Positions 21,733-35,535 of a stretch of 64,000 nt of DNA are shown here, piece by piece. Every line of letters starts with the position of its first letter. Position 1 is the first letter of the stretch. The DNA is from Verrucomicrobiota bacterium (GTDB lineage Bacteria > Verrucomicrobiota > Verrucomicrobiia > Limisphaerales > CANJXF01), in the NCBI GenBank assembly GCA_038214755.1, contig JBBQRQ010000010.1, positions 14,403 through 78,402 of the forward strand, in the 5' to 3' direction. The notes below the pieces were generated by a model, which had not been told where the DNA came from, ran no database searches, and worked only from the letters and a program-made list of their open reading frames with translations. A program made the position numbers and the translations under genes.

Positions 21733-23247
21733 ATGCTCAACCCTTTGCCCAAGTCGAAATGGAACTACTCGACCGCAGCGCATTTGATCAACCGCGCTGG
21801 ATTTGGCGGGCCGCCCGCTGAAATTGAAAAACTGGTTGACCTCGGTCCGGACAAGGCCGTCGATTCGCTGGTCGATTACGAAAAAATTCCGGACGCAACT
21901 CAAAATCCTGCTTGGGCCAAAGCAGATCCCAGTCGCGTCGATAAATTTCTTGCTTACAAAAAAATGGGCGAACGACCAAGCGCCGACATGACGCAAGAGC
22001 AACGTTCTGCCCTCGAACAAAAACGTCGCGAGATGATTAAGCAAGAGCAGCGCGAGCAGCAGCTTCACATTTTGGAATTGCGCGGCTGGTGGCTCGAACG
22101 AATGGCTAAAGGCCCGCGACCGCTCCAGGAAAAATTGACTTTGTTTTGGCACGGCCACTTTGCGACGAGCGCGCAAAAAGTGAAGGACGCTTACTTCATG
22201 TCGCTGCAAAATGACACTTTTCGCACGCTGGGTTCCGGCAATTGGCTGCAATTGCTTTACGCGGTTGCGAAAGATCCGGCGATGTTGTTCTGGCTCGATC
22301 AGGCGCAGAGTCGAAAACAACATCCCAACGAAAATTTTGCCCGCGAAGTGATGGAGCTTTTTACTTTGGGCGAAGGTCATTACACCGAAAAAGATGTGAC
22401 CGAAGCGGCGCGCGCCATGACCGGCTGGACGCTAAATCGCCCGGATCAAAAATATGAATTTCGCGAGTTCATGCATGACGACGGCGAGAAAACAGTCCTG
22501 GGCAAAACCGGAAATTTCACAGGGCTGGATGTTTTAAAATCGATTGTTGAGCAACCGCAAGCCGCTCGATTCATCACGACGAAGTTGTGGAAGTTTTTTG
22601 CCAGCGACGATCCTTCAACGGAATTGGTCGAGGCGATGGCGTCGAATTTCCGAAGCAACGGAAATAATTTCAAACCGTTTCTGCGCGCGATGTTTCGTTG
22701 CGAAGAATTTTATTCCCACTCGGTGATTCGCACGCAGGTAAAAAGTCCGGTGCAATGGCTGGTCGGAAGCGTGCGCACGTTGGAACGCGATTTGCCCGCG
22801 CCATTGGTTTCCTCGCAGTTGCTCCGAAATCTCGGCCAGGAATTATTCATGCCGCCGAATGTGAAAGGCTGGGACGGCGGCCTCAGTTGGATCACCACGA
22901 ACAATCTTTTGAATCGCTACAACGAAGCCGCGATGCTGGTGCTGGCTGAAGGAAACATTGCGGGCGATTCTCCGAATAAAATGATGCGCCGCGTGGAAGA
23001 GTATGCGAACAACCTCGCTAAAAAAATGGCGGTCGTGGATGTGAGTAAAATTCTTTCTCCTGAAGAACGGAGCAGCAAAGAATTGCTGATTCCTGCTTTG
23101 GAAAAACGTTTTCTCCAAGCCAAACTCAAAGGCAAACAGGCGCAAGCCTTGCGTGATTTTCTCGATGGACGCGGCGAGCTGGACGACCAGGACATTCGTC
23201 ACACAATTCGTCTCATCATGTCCACGCCGGAATATCAACTGACTTGA
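21733..23247 (+). CDS. DUF1800 family protein
   Basis: AAHLINRAGFG, LQEKLTLFWHGHFAT, PNENFAREVMELFTLG, PPNVKGW, STPEYQL. Confidence 0.92.
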   Translation: MLNPLPKSKWNYSTAAHLINRAGFGGPPAEIEKLVDLGPDKAVDSLVDYEKIPDATQNPAWAKADPSRVDKFLAYKKMGERPSADMTQEQRSALEQKRREMIKQEQREQQLHILELRGWWLERMAKGPRPLQEKLTLFWHGHFATSAQKVKDAYFMSLQNDTFRTLGSGNWLQLLYAVAKDPAMLFWLDQAQSRKQHPNENFAREVMELFTLGEGHYTEKDVTEAARAMTGWTLNRPDQKYEFREFMHDDGEKTVLGKTGNFTGLDVLKSIVEQPQAARFITTKLWKFFASDDPSTELVEAMASNFRSNGNNFKPFLRAMFRCEEFYSHSVIRTQVKSPVQWLVGSVRTLERDLPAPLVSSQLLRNLGQELFMPPNVKGWDGGLSWITTNNLLNRYNEAAMLVLAEGNIAGDSPNKMMRRVEEYANNLAKKMAVVDVSKILSPEERSSKELLIPALEKRFLQAKLKGKQAQALRDFLDGRGELDDQDIRHTIRLIMSTPEYQLT

Positions 23248-23281
23248 TTTATGCGCAGTCCAACGGCATCAAACGAAAAAC

Positions 23282-23404
23282 CTAGTGGGGCAGGCTTCCA
23301 GCCTGCCATGGCGGGCATCTTGCCCGCGTTTACGGCTTCACGGGCTGGAAGCCCGCTTGGCAGACAGGATGTCTGCCCCACTAACCAAGATGTCTGCCCC
23401 ACTA
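23282..23404. repeat. REP-E-like cluster
   Basis: TAGTGGGGCAGGCTTCCAGCCTGCC ... GATGTCTGCCCCACTA (the latter occurs twice). Confidence 0.75.
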
Positions 23405-23436
23405 TTTAGCCAAATCGAAATGCAGTTTCTGAATTT

Positions 23437-24780
23437 ATGAAAAACGAAATCACTTTGAAGACGCGCCGCGAATTTTTACGCAGCACCATGCTGGGCAGCG
23501 CCATGGCGTGGACGGTCCCGACTTTTCTGGCAAACACTTTTTCGGCTTTGCACGCTGAGGCGGCGGATTCCGCCACGCAAATCGCGACGGGAAAAGACGG
23601 AACGATTCTTGTCGTGTTGCAAATGGCGGGAGGCAATGACGGATTGAACACCGTCGTTCCGTTCGGCGACGATCATTATAAAAAGGGGCGGCGCTCGCTG
23701 GCTTTGTCAGCAAATAAAGTTTTGAAGTTGAACGATTCGATCGGCCTTCATCCGGGACTGGAAGGATTCAAAAATCTTTACGACGCGGGCAGCCTCGGAG
23801 TCGTGCAAGGCATCGGTTATCCCAATCCCAACCGTTCGCATTTTCGCTCCACAGAGATTTGGCAGACGGCGAGTGATTCCGAAAGATTTGAGAAATACGG
23901 CTGGATTGGCCGTTATTTCGACAACGCTTGCGCTGGCGCAGACCCGACAGTGGGCGTGAATGTCGGCCGACAAATGCCCCAGGCTTTCGCCGCAAAAAAA
24001 CCGATGGGCATCAGTCTCGATAATCCGCAGAACTACCGTTTTGTCAGCGGAGAAAAAGCTAAGCGCGGCGAAATGGATGCGTCCGAAAAATCGTATCGCG
24101 AACTGAACCACGTCGAGGAAGAGATGGACACCGTTTCCGATTCCAATTCTGGCGGGAGCATCGGCGCGGTCGCGGGTCACACGCCCCATCGTGGATCGCC
24201 GCTCGATTTTATCGAACGCACCGCGATGGATGCGCAAATCAGTTCCGACAAAATTTTGGCCATCAGCAAAAAAGTTGAGAACAAAGCGACCTATCCGGGT
24301 TCGCAACTCGGCACCTCGTTGAAACTGGTTTCGCGTTTGATCGGTGGTGGTTTGAGCACGCGAATTTTTTACGTGTCGCAAGGCGGCTACGACACCCACA
24401 CCAATCAAGCGGGCGCGCATGAGCGTTTGCTGCGCGACCTCGGCGATTCCGTGAAAGCATTTACCGACGACTTGAAAGCGCAGGGAAATTTTCAACGCGT
24501 TCTGGTGATGACGTTCAGCGAATTTGGTCGGCGTGTTTCTGAAAATGCCAATGGCGGCACTGATCACGGCGCGGCGGCTCCGATGTTTGTCATCGGAAAT
24601 AAAATCAAAGCCGGCTTGCTTGGAAAATATCCGAGTCTGGCGCCAGAGGACTTGAAGAATGGCGATTTAAAATACACCGTCGATTTCCGCACGGTTTACG
24701 CCGGAGTTCTCGAAGGCTGGTTGAAAACGAAAAGCGAACCAGTCCTCGGAAAAAAATTCACGCCACTGGAAGTTGTTTAA
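23437..24780 (+). CDS. DUF1501 family protein (Tat signal)
   Basis: TRREFL Tat motif, GGNDGLNT, NRSHFRS, GGYDTH, SEFGRR, GTDHG. Confidence 0.92.
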   Translation: MKNEITLKTRREFLRSTMLGSAMAWTVPTFLANTFSALHAEAADSATQIATGKDGTILVVLQMAGGNDGLNTVVPFGDDHYKKGRRSLALSANKVLKLNDSIGLHPGLEGFKNLYDAGSLGVVQGIGYPNPNRSHFRSTEIWQTASDSERFEKYGWIGRYFDNACAGADPTVGVNVGRQMPQAFAAKKPMGISLDNPQNYRFVSGEKAKRGEMDASEKSYRELNHVEEEMDTVSDSNSGGSIGAVAGHTPHRGSPLDFIERTAMDAQISSDKILAISKKVENKATYPGSQLGTSLKLVSRLIGGGLSTRIFYVSQGGYDTHTNQAGAHERLLRDLGDSVKAFTDDLKAQGNFQRVLVMTFSEFGRRVSENANGGTDHGAAAPMFVIGNKIKAGLLGKYPSLAPEDLKNGDLKYTVDFRTVYAGVLEGWLKTKSEPVLGKKFTPLEVV

Positions 24781-24783
24781 GAT

Positions 24784-24874
24784 AAAGGAGCGCGGACGTT
24801 CTCGTTCCAAAGTTCATCGAAGATCCGACACGGCAAATTTCTTAACTCGCGGACGAGAACGTCCGCGCTCCTTT
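24784..24874. repeat. REP-C doublet
   Basis: AAGGAGCGCGGACGTTCTCGT ... GCGGACGAGAACGTCCGCGCTCCTT. Confidence 0.8.
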
Positions 24875-24908
24875 CCTTCTTTTCTAATTCAATGCCGCTT
24901 GCCTAAGT

Positions 24909-26285
24909 TTGTCGGTGAGCACTTGGGTCAACAAGGTTGAACAAAGCATTCGGGACAAAAAACTTTTGTGCCCCGGTGAATCTGTCCTGGTTGCCGTGTC
25001 CGGCGGGGTTGATTCGATGGCGCTCCTTTATTTGCTCCACGAACTTTCGCACACCCATCGTTGGCAAATCACAGTCGCCCATTTCAACCACCAACTTCGC
25101 AGGCGCAGCAGCGATGCGGATGAGCATCTCGTGAAAAAGACTGCCGCTGATTTAAAAATAAAATTTATCTGCGGGCGCGGGAACGTAAAACAATTCGCAA
25201 AAACGAATCGGCTCTCCATTGAAATGGCCGCGCGAAAACTTCGTCATGAATTTCTGGCTCACACCGCAAAAAAACTTCGGATCAAAACCATCGCGCTCGC
25301 TCATCACGCCGACGATCAGGTGGAACTTTTTTTCCTGCGACTGTTTCGCGGCGCGGGCACGGAGGGTTTGGCCGGAATGAATTGGAAATCTTTTTCTCCG
25401 GCTGATTCGGCGATTGAACTGGTTCGTCCGCTGCTCGATCAACCGAAAGAAATTTTGCGCGAATACGCCAGGGAAAAACCGATTCGCTTTCGCGAAGATG
25501 CCAGCAACGAGTCTCTTGATTTTCAGCGGAATCGGATTCGCCATGAGTTGATTCCGTTGCTGAAGAAAAATTATCAACCCGCATTGGAGCGAACAGTTTT
25601 TCGCGCCATGGAAATTCTTGGAGGCGAATATCGCCTGGCCCTGGTGGCCGCGCTTGACTGGCTCGCCAAAAAAAGAAAACCGAATTTTTCCAAGCTGCCG
25701 ATTGCCGTGCAACGAGGTTGTCTGCGGCTGCAACTTTTGGCGCAAAAACTTTCCGCGGATTTTGATTTAGTTGAAGCGTTGCGCGTGAAGCCCGGCGAAC
25801 TTTTCACCGTGAGCCGAGGCTGTTCCGTTTTTCGCGACACTGGCGGGATGGTCATTCCGAAAATGTTGAAGGCGAAAAAATTTCCGCCGGAACCAAAAGT
25901 CAAACCGCTCAACTTGTCCGACGAAAAAGGCGAAACCAGTTTTGACGGTTTGAAAATCCAATGGTCTGTTTTTCCAAAACGCGGCGACCGGATTCGAGCA
26001 AAAACAAATTGCGAAGTTTTTGACGCGGAAAAAATTGGAACGACGATCTCACTGCGCCACTGGAAACCGGGCGATCGGTTTCAACCGATTGGAATGAAGA
26101 ATCCGGTCAAGCTGCAAAATCTTTTTACCAACTTGAAAATTCCGCGAGACGAACGTCATCGACGAGTTGTTGCTCTCACTGGAGATGGAGAAATTTTTTG
26201 GGTGGAAGGGCTGCGCATTTCAGAGCGGTTCAAGCTCGACCCGCGAAGTAAGCGCCGGTTGAAATGGACTTGGCAGCGTCGCTGA
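24909..26285 (+). CDS. tilS: tRNA(Ile)-lysidine synthetase
   Basis: AVSGGVDS PP-loop, AHHADDQ, RPLL, RNRIRHELIP and a TilS C-terminal domain. Lies upstream of ftsH. Confidence 0.95.
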   Translation: MSVSTWVNKVEQSIRDKKLLCPGESVLVAVSGGVDSMALLYLLHELSHTHRWQITVAHFNHQLRRRSSDADEHLVKKTAADLKIKFICGRGNVKQFAKTNRLSIEMAARKLRHEFLAHTAKKLRIKTIALAHHADDQVELFFLRLFRGAGTEGLAGMNWKSFSPADSAIELVRPLLDQPKEILREYAREKPIRFREDASNESLDFQRNRIRHELIPLLKKNYQPALERTVFRAMEILGGEYRLALVAALDWLAKKRKPNFSKLPIAVQRGCLRLQLLAQKLSADFDLVEALRVKPGELFTVSRGCSVFRDTGGMVIPKMLKAKKFPPEPKVKPLNLSDEKGETSFDGLKIQWSVFPKRGDRIRAKTNCEVFDAEKIGTTISLRHWKPGDRFQPIGMKNPVKLQNLFTNLKIPRDERHRRVVALTGDGEIFWVEGLRISERFKLDPRSKRRLKWTWQRR

Positions 26286-26489
26286 CGGTGTGATTTAACG
26301 GGCGGTCAGTTTGTAGCGCAGGATTGCATCCTGCCGTATCGCAGGTTTTCAACCTGCGTGATTCCGAAGAACGGGAGGTTATCGGGCACCAGAGACTTTC
26401 CGTGTGGGCGACGTTCAGCCGGTTTCAAACCGGCGATACGGCTGGATGCAATCCTGCGCTACGTTTGACCGCCACTTGAAATCACACCC
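26286..26489. mobile_element. MITE shell enclosing a REP-A doublet
   Basis: CGGTGTGATTTAACGGGCGGTCA...TGACCGCCACTTGAAATCACACCC with the REP-A pair at 26313-26462. CGCTGA is repeated on both flanks. Confidence 0.85.
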
Positions 26490-26554
26490 CGCTGAGTGTC
26501 GGTGGTTGCGTGGGGTATGGGCGCATGATAGTGTGAGCGCGAAAGTTTTGACCA

Positions 26555-28585
26555 ATGGCTGACGAAATTAAACCGGAGAAAAAAAACGAAAAAAAAATGG
26601 GCGATTTTCGCCCGCGAACTTTGTTAATTTGGATTGCCATCATCGGAATCATCAGCGTCTTGATGATGCTCCAGCGTCGTTCGGAAATCAAACCACTGGA
26701 ATTGTCCTATCTCGAACTTTCCCAAAAAATCACCAACAATCTCATTGTCCCTAAGACCGGGCAGATGGCCTACAACCCGCAGTCTCTTTTGCGCAAGGTC
26801 ACGGGACGCTTTTATGAAACGGATTCGACCGGGGCACCGGTTTTGACCAATGGCAAAACCAACGAAATTGATTTCAAAACGGAAATTCCTTTCACCGACG
26901 ACATCACGTTGACCCTGCTCACCACGGGTAAATTCAAACCGGTCGAGCCAAACAACATCATGCTCAATGTGGTGATGACGGTCCTGCCATTTTTGTTGCT
27001 GGCCGGATTGATTTATTTCTTCCTCATTCGCCAGATCAAAATGGCCGGCAAAGGCGCGATGAGTTTCGGCAAGAGCAAAGCGCGGATGCTCAACAAAGAG
27101 AAAAATAAAATCACTTTCAAGGATGTCGCCGGCGTGGAGGAAGCGAAGGAAGAAGTTTCTGAGTTGGTCGAGTTTCTCAAAGACCCGAAAAAATTCCAGA
27201 AACTTGGCGGCCGAATTCCAAAGGGAATTTTGATGATTGGCGCGCCGGGCACGGGAAAAACTTTGCTGGCCAAAGCCATCGCGGGCGAGGCCGAAGCGGC
27301 GTTCTTCAGCATCAGCGGTTCGGACTTTGTGGAGATGTTCGTCGGCGTGGGCGCGAGTCGTGTGCGCGACATGTTCGAGCAGGCGCGCAAGAATACGCCG
27401 TGTTTGATTTTCATCGACGAAATTGACGCCGTCGGTCGCAGTCGCGGCCATGGTTGGGGCGGGGGAAATGACGAACGCGAACAAACTTTGAACGCGCTCC
27501 TGGTCGAGATGGATGGCTTCGATACGCAAGATGGAATTATTATTATCGCCGCGACAAATCGCGCGGACGTTTTGGATCCGGCGTTGTTGCGCCCCGGCCG
27601 TTTTGACCGGCAAATTATTGTGAACTTGCCCGACGTTCGCGGGCGCGAAGCTATTTTGAAAGTTCACGCGAAAAACGTGAAGCTCGATCCCTCCGCCGAT
27701 TTGTCCGTCACGGCGCGAGGCACGCCCGGTTTTTCCGGCGCGGACTTGGCGAATCTTTTGAACGAAGCGGCCTTGCTCGCAGCGCGCACTGGAAAAAAAG
27801 CCGTCACGCAAACTGAACTTGAAGAATCGCGCGTCAAAGTGCGATGGGGTCGCGAACGGCGCAGCATGGCAATGTCCGACCAAGACAAGAAATACACTGC
27901 CTGGCACGAAGCCGGTCACGCGCTCGTCAACGTCATGCTCAAGCACACGCATCCGCTGCACAAGGTGACGATTATTCCGCGCGGACTAGCCCTTGGCTCA
28001 ACCATGTCATTGCCGAAGGACGATGTTTTAAATCATCGCCGCAAAGAGATGCTCGACATGATTGCGGTCACGATGGCGGGACGCATCGCTGAAGAAATTG
28101 TTTCGGGAGATATTTCCACTGGCGCGAGCGGCGACATTCAGCAAGCCACGAATCTGGCGCGCTCCATGGTTTGCCAATGGGGCATGAGCGACAAACTCGG
28201 CATGGTTCAATACGGAAATGACAGCGAGCACGTTTACATGGGGCGCGACATGGTGCAGCGGCAGGATTACAGCGAAAACACCGCGCAAGAGATCGACGAG
28301 GAAGTGAAGCGAATCATCAGCGAAGGCTATCAAGTGGCCAAAGATTTAATCGATGGTAATCGCGATAAGCTTGAACTGATTGCCAACTCTCTGCTCGAAT
28401 ACGAAACGCTCGATGGAACGCAGGTGCAGGAAATTATCGATACGGGAAAATTCACACCGCCACCGCCGACTCCGCAAGTTGAACCGCCGTCTGGTGCGCC
28501 TGCTGTCACGTCACTGCCAGAAGTTCCGAAACCACTCCCGCCGAAACTTCCAGGTCTTGGCGCACCCGCACCCGCTGCTGCTTAG
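26555..28585 (+). CDS. ftsH: ATP-dependent zinc metalloprotease FtsH
   Basis: Two TM segments, [34 protein letters not shown]. Confidence 0.98.
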   Translation: MADEIKPEKKNEKKMGDFRPRTLLIWIAIIGIISVLMMLQRRSEIKPLELSYLELSQKITNNLIVPKTGQMAYNPQSLLRKVTGRFYETDSTGAPVLTNGKTNEIDFKTEIPFTDDITLTLLTTGKFKPVEPNNIMLNVVMTVLPFLLLAGLIYFFLIRQIKMAGKGAMSFGKSKARMLNKEKNKITFKDVAGVEEAKEEVSELVEFLKDPKKFQKLGGRIPKGILMIGAPGTGKTLLAKAIAGEAEAAFFSISGSDFVEMFVGVGASRVRDMFEQARKNTPCLIFIDEIDAVGRSRGHGWGGGNDEREQTLNALLVEMDGFDTQDGIIIIAATNRADVLDPALLRPGRFDRQIIVNLPDVRGREAILKVHAKNVKLDPSADLSVTARGTPGFSGADLANLLNEAALLAARTGKKAVTQTELEESRVKVRWGRERRSMAMSDQDKKYTAWHEAGHALVNVMLKHTHPLHKVTIIPRGLALGSTMSLPKDDVLNHRRKEMLDMIAVTMAGRIAEEIVSGDISTGASGDIQQATNLARSMVCQWGMSDKLGMVQYGNDSEHVYMGRDMVQRQDYSENTAQEIDEEVKRIISEGYQVAKDLIDGNRDKLELIANSLLEYETLDGTQVQEIIDTGKFTPPPPTPQVEPPSGAPAVTSLPEVPKPLPPKLPGLGAPAPAAA

Positions 28586-28701
28586 GATTGTTTTCATTTC
28601 TCAAAAGTTTTTACTGGTGGCAGGCTGGCTTTTTTTTTGGCGAACCTCAGTTAAAAGGAGACGAAATTCGCCAGCCGCTTCAACGTGGAAAATGATTGGC
28701 T

Positions 28702-29073
<372 letters not shown>

Positions 29074-29105
29074 AGGCTCTGATTTCACAACCTATTCCCT
29101 TTTAG

Positions 29106-31206
29106 TTACGGCTTGCTCCCAAAAACCCGGTAGAACTGCGCGTCCGACGCGTCGGGCGTGATCTCGAGATCGATATGGCCCGTCACCGCATTGTAGGTCG
29201 GGGTGAAGCCGAGCAACGGCATCCAGGTGCTCAGGTTCGGGGACTTCTCCACGCTAATGTCGAGGTGGAAGTGGCCGCTGCTAGGATCCCTCGCCAGCAC
29301 CGGGCGGCCGAGCGCGAGGGTCTGGAGGTCGCTCGCGGTGTAAAGCCCGAAACCCCGGCCGTTGTTGCGCAGCAGCGTAACCATCGCCGTATTGTCCACC
29401 AGCGGATTGAATCCGAACGATGCCAGGTTCACCTCTGCCTGATTGGTGATGCCATCGCCATCGTCATCCGCATTCGGGTCGAGAGCGCGTCCGGAGAGAT
29501 TGATGTCGAAGGGATTCTCGTCGGCGTCATTGTTGGCCATGTGTAGCGCGGCCGTCTTTATTGTCGCCGCGACGGTCGGGGCAAAGCGCACCGTGAACGT
29601 GGTGCTGCCATTCGGGGCCACGGGAGCGATCGGAGCGGCGGTGACGGTGAAGTCGCTCGCGTTCGTGCCGTCAATGGTGATCGTCAGCCCGGTGAGGTCG
29701 GCACTGCCGGTGTTTAGGATGGTGAAAATCAGGCTGGCATTCCCGCCGGCGAGCACGGCCCCGAAAACCTTTGTGCCGCCATCCGAGAGGTTCGTGCCGG
29801 CCGGCTGCTCGACGGCAATCTCGGGGGCGAGGGTGAACGCCGTCACCGTCTCCACTCGTCCGGAGGAAGCGTTGTTGTAGCCGCCGGTGGTGCGGGCGCG
29901 GGCGCGAAGCTGGCCGCTGTCTGGAAGGCTCACGCCATCCAGTTCCCAGCCGCCGGCGATGCGCGTGCCGGCGCCGAGCGGAGTCCAGACGCTGCCGCCA
30001 TCGGTGGAAAGTTCGAAGCTCACTTGCTCGACCTCCGGCGACGCGCCGCCGCGCAGCCACCGCACGGCGGTAGCGCTGAACGGGGTGAGGCTTTGCGTGG
30101 CGGGGTCGTTCTCCAGCCGCGCGATGGCACCGCGCGTCACGCCGCCCACATAGCTGAAGATCCCGCCGATGACGATCTTCCCATCTGCCTGGACCGCGAT
30201 GCCCTCAACGGTGCTGTCCGCATCGGGATTGAATCCTGTGTCCAGCGTGCCGTCGGCATTGAGCCGCGCGATGTAGTTGCGCGTCGTTCCGCCCACGGCG
30301 GCGAAGTTCCCCCCGACGACAATTTTCCCATCCGTCTGCACCGCCGTGCTATAAACCACGCTGCCATTCAAATCGGCATTGAAGCCCACGTCCACCGTCC
30401 CGTCGGCCTGGAGCCGCACGATGCGGTTGCGCGCCGACACGCCGATGGCGGTGAAGCCACCCGCGACGAGGATCTTCCCATCCGCCTGCACCGCCGCGCT
30501 GATAACGGTGCCGTTCGCATTGGGATTGAAGCCCATGTCCAGCGTGCCGTCGGCGTTGAGCCGCGCGATGCGGTTGCGCGCCACTCCGCCCACGACGGTG
30601 AAGGCACCTCCGATGACGATCTTCCCATCCGCCTGCACCGCCATGCTGTAAACGGTGCCGTTCACGTTGGGATTAAAGCCGTCCAGCGTGCCAGAGGCAT
30701 TGAGCCGCGCGACGCGGTTGCGCGCCACCCCGATGCCCACGGTGGTGAATGAGCCCCCAATGAGAATTTTTCCAATCCGCCTGCACCGTCGCGATATTGA
30801 CCGTGCTGTTCGCATTGGGATTGAACCCCGGGTCCAGGGTGCCGTTGGCATTGAGCCGCGCGATGCGGTTGCGCGTCACTCCATCCAAGGTGGTGAAAAG
30901 ACCCCCGAGGAGGATCTTCCCATCCACCTGCACCGCCGCGCTGTAAAGCAGGTTGACGTTCGGCGCCGGGGGATTGAAGCCCGCGTCCAGGGTGCCGTTG
31001 GCATTGATCCGCGCGACGGAGTTGCCGGAGAGGTAGGTGATGACAATTTTCCCATCCGCCTGCAGGGCCGTGCCGAAAACCTCGCCGCCCAACCCGGGAT
31101 CAAACCCCGGGTCCACATCCCCCGGCGCGGCGGCCGCCGGGTGAGTGAAGGCGACGGCGAGCGCGGCGCAGAGGAAAGTGGCGAGCAGACGGGTCTTTGT
31201 TTTCAT
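29106..31206 (-). pseudogene. Secreted delta-60-repeat/Ig-like protein, single frameshift
   Basis: Signal peptide MKTKTRLL...AAA and repeated VQADGKIVIGG..ARLNADGTLD..FNP. A 1-bp insertion near 30774 splits ORFs 30673..31287 and 29106..30851. Visibly GC-richer than its neighbours. Confidence 0.85.
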
Positions 31207-31367
31207 GAGAACAGAGTTATTCGACCGCGAACCTACACGCGCCGCGCGCCGCCGTCGAACTCTCTCTTTCCGCACAGAAAATTCCATCTAGACGTTTCAA
31301 ATGGGAACGAGATTACAAAGCCGCCGCGCTCGTCACGGAGCGAGAAGTTCGCATAACCGAGTGCCAA

Positions 31368-33367
<2,000 letters not shown>

Positions 33368-33423
33368 TCAATGAGAGTATTCCGAGGACGGAAAGTTTTA
33401 CCAGATGAACGCGTGCGCAAAAG

Positions 33424-33509
33424 TGGTGGTAGGTGATGGATTCGAACCATCGAAGACGTAAGTCAGCAGATTTACAGTCTGCCCCCGTTGGCCACTTGGG
33501 TAACCTACC
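33424..33509 (-). tRNA. tRNA-Tyr (GTA)
   Basis: GGTAGGTTACCCAAGTGGCCAACGGGGGCAGACTGTAAATCTGC...GGTTCGAATCCATCACCTACCACCA, with long variable arm and encoded CCA. Confidence 0.97.
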
Positions 33510-33585
33510 TTGCAAGGAGCGCGGATTAAGCCAAACCCAATCGCTCCACTCAAGTTCAAACTTCGCCGCGCGCCTGCCGTTTTCA

Positions 33586-33665
33586 AATTCGATGTTCAGC
33601 GTTCGATGTTGGATGTTCGACGTTCTCCAACTTTGAACTTTGAACTTCGAACTTTAAACTTTAAT
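33586..33665. repeat. Heptamer arrays (TTCGATG / AACTTTG)
   Basis: TTCGATGTTCAGCGTTCGATGTTGGATGTTCGACG then AACTTTGAACTTTGAACTTCGAACTTT. Confidence 0.7.
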
Positions 33666-33673
33666 TTCGATTC

Positions 33674-35017
33674 ATGTTCGATTCTCTCAGCGAAAAACTG
33701 CAAAACGCTTTCAAAAATCTGCGCGGCCTCGGAAAAATTTCCGAAACCAACGTCGCCGATTCTCTCCGCGAAGTCCGCATGGCTCTGCTCGACGCGGACG
33801 TGAATTTCAAAGTCGCCCGCGATTTCATCGAGCGCGTCAAAGAAAAATCGTTGGGCGCGGAAGTCGTGCAAAGCATCCAGCCCGGTCAGCAAATCATCAA
33901 AATTATTCACGACGAATTGGTCGATCTGCTCGGCTCGACCAATCAATCCCTCAACCTTTCCGGCAATCCCGCTTGCGTGATGATGGTCGGTTTGCACGGC
34001 TCTGGAAAAACCACGTCGAGCGGAAAACTGGCGCGTCTTTTGCACAAACAGGCGCGCGCGCCGTTGCTCGTGGCGGCTGATGTTTATCGCCCGGCCGCGA
34101 TGGATCAACTCGCGACGCTCGGTCAACAAATTGATTTGCCGGTGTTCGTGATGCGCGGCGAAACCGACGTTTTGAAAATCGCGCGCAACGCTTTTGATTT
34201 TGCCCGACAAAATAATCGCAACACGTTGATCTTCGACACGGCGGGTCGTTTGCAAATCGACGAGCCGCTCGTGCAGGAATTGGTTCGCCTCCGCGATTTG
34301 ATCAAGCCGCAGGAAATTCTTCTCGTGCTCGATGCCGCGACCGGACAAGAGGCGGTGAATGTCGCTTCGCATTTTGACAAAGCGTTAAACATCACCGGCG
34401 CAATTTTGACGAAACTCGACGGCGATGCGCGCGGCGGCGCGGCGTTGAGTTTGAAAGCAGTCACGGGCAAGCCGATCAAGTTCATGGGCGTCGGCGAAAA
34501 GTTGGAAGATTTTGAGCCGTTTCATCCCGAGCGAATGGCGTCGCGCATTCTGGGCATGGGCGATGTCGTCAGTCTCGTCGAGCGCGCCGCCGAAGCGGTC
34601 AATGTCGAGGACGCCCAGCGCATGGAAGAAAAAATGCGCAAAGGTCAGTTCACGCTGGAGGATTTCTTGGAACAGCTTCGCCAGATGAAAAAACTCGGCT
34701 CGCTCGAAAGCGTGGTGGGAATGTTGCCGGGCGGCTCGGAGATGTTGAAAGGCGCGGACCTGGGCAAACAGGAGAAGGAATTCAAACGTATGGAAGGAAT
34801 GATTTGCGCAATGACTTTTCAAGAGCGACGAACCCCGGCCCTTCTCAACGCGAAAAGGCGGATACGAATCGCGAAGGGCAGCGGCGTGCAAGTTTCTGAA
34901 TTGAACAACTTGCTGAATAAATTTTCGCAGATGCAACAGATGATGAAAAAAATGGGCAAGTTTCAAAAGATGATGACGAAGATGGGCGGCGTGATGCCGG
35001 GGATGTTGCGGCGATGA
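33674..35017 (+). CDS. ffh: Signal recognition particle protein
   Basis: GLHGSGKTT, DTAGR, TKLDGDARGG, PERMASRILGMGD and Met-rich M domain. Confidence 0.98.
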   Translation: MFDSLSEKLQNAFKNLRGLGKISETNVADSLREVRMALLDADVNFKVARDFIERVKEKSLGAEVVQSIQPGQQIIKIIHDELVDLLGSTNQSLNLSGNPACVMMVGLHGSGKTTSSGKLARLLHKQARAPLLVAADVYRPAAMDQLATLGQQIDLPVFVMRGETDVLKIARNAFDFARQNNRNTLIFDTAGRLQIDEPLVQELVRLRDLIKPQEILLVLDAATGQEAVNVASHFDKALNITGAILTKLDGDARGGAALSLKAVTGKPIKFMGVGEKLEDFEPFHPERMASRILGMGDVVSLVERAAEAVNVEDAQRMEEKMRKGQFTLEDFLEQLRQMKKLGSLESVVGMLPGGSEMLKGADLGKQEKEFKRMEGMICAMTFQERRTPALLNAKRRIRIAKGSGVQVSELNNLLNKFSQMQQMMKKMGKFQKMMTKMGGVMPGMLRR

Positions 35018-35060
35018 GCGACTTCTTGCCAGCGAATATCCGTTGACCTAAAATTCGCGC

Positions 35061-35279
35061 ATGAAAGAGATCATTTTCGAGGTTTCCGAGGATGAAGTGG
35101 ATGGAGGTTACGTGGCGGTAGCCTTAGGTCACGCCATAGCGACTCAAGGTGAGACTTTGCCTGAACTTCGCCACATGGTTCGTGACGCGGTGAATTGCCA
35201 TTTCGGAGACGGAGAAGTTGGCGAAGCTCCTTCTATTATCCGGCTTCATTTCGTGCGTGATGAAGTGCTTACTCCATGA
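35061..35279 (+). CDS. HicB-like antitoxin
   Basis: IIFEVSEDEVDGGYVA.ALGHAIATQGETL.EL..MVRDAV.CHF. Overlaps the hicA-like gene by ATGA. Confidence 0.8.
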   Translation: MKEIIFEVSEDEVDGGYVAVALGHAIATQGETLPELRHMVRDAVNCHFGDGEVGEAPSIIRLHFVRDEVLTP

Positions 35280-35521
35280 AAATCCCACGGGATGTTCACG
35301 CTTCCGAGCTTATCAAGTCGTTGCGTGTTTTAGGTTATCAATTTGTCCGTCAAGACGGCTCCCACATTCGTCTGACCACACAATTAAATGGGAAACATCA
35401 CGTTACTATCCCAAACCATAAAACGCTTAAAACAGGCACGCTTACGAGAGGTGTTTTGAAACCGGTGGCGGCTCATCACAAACTGACCTTGGAAGAACTT
35501 CTCGAAAAGCTGGATCTGTAA
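35276..35521 (+). CDS. HicA-family toxin
   Basis: LGYQFVRQDGSHIRL...HVTIPNH..LKTGTL. Confidence 0.88.
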   Translation: MKIPRDVHASELIKSLRVLGYQFVRQDGSHIRLTTQLNGKHHVTIPNHKTLKTGTLTRGVLKPVAAHHKLTLEELLEKLDL

Positions 35522-35535
35522 TCTGAACTGGAAAA

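Noticed and set aside
26624..27961. Long antisense ORFs (also 49460-50821, 42834-43925, 10647-11657)
   Set aside because: Shadows of well-supported genes on the opposite strand, with no recognisable motifs.
33424..33509. tRNA-Tyr as a prophage/island attachment site
   Set aside because: No duplicated tRNA 3' end and no integrase. The tRNA 3' end abuts housekeeping cobA.
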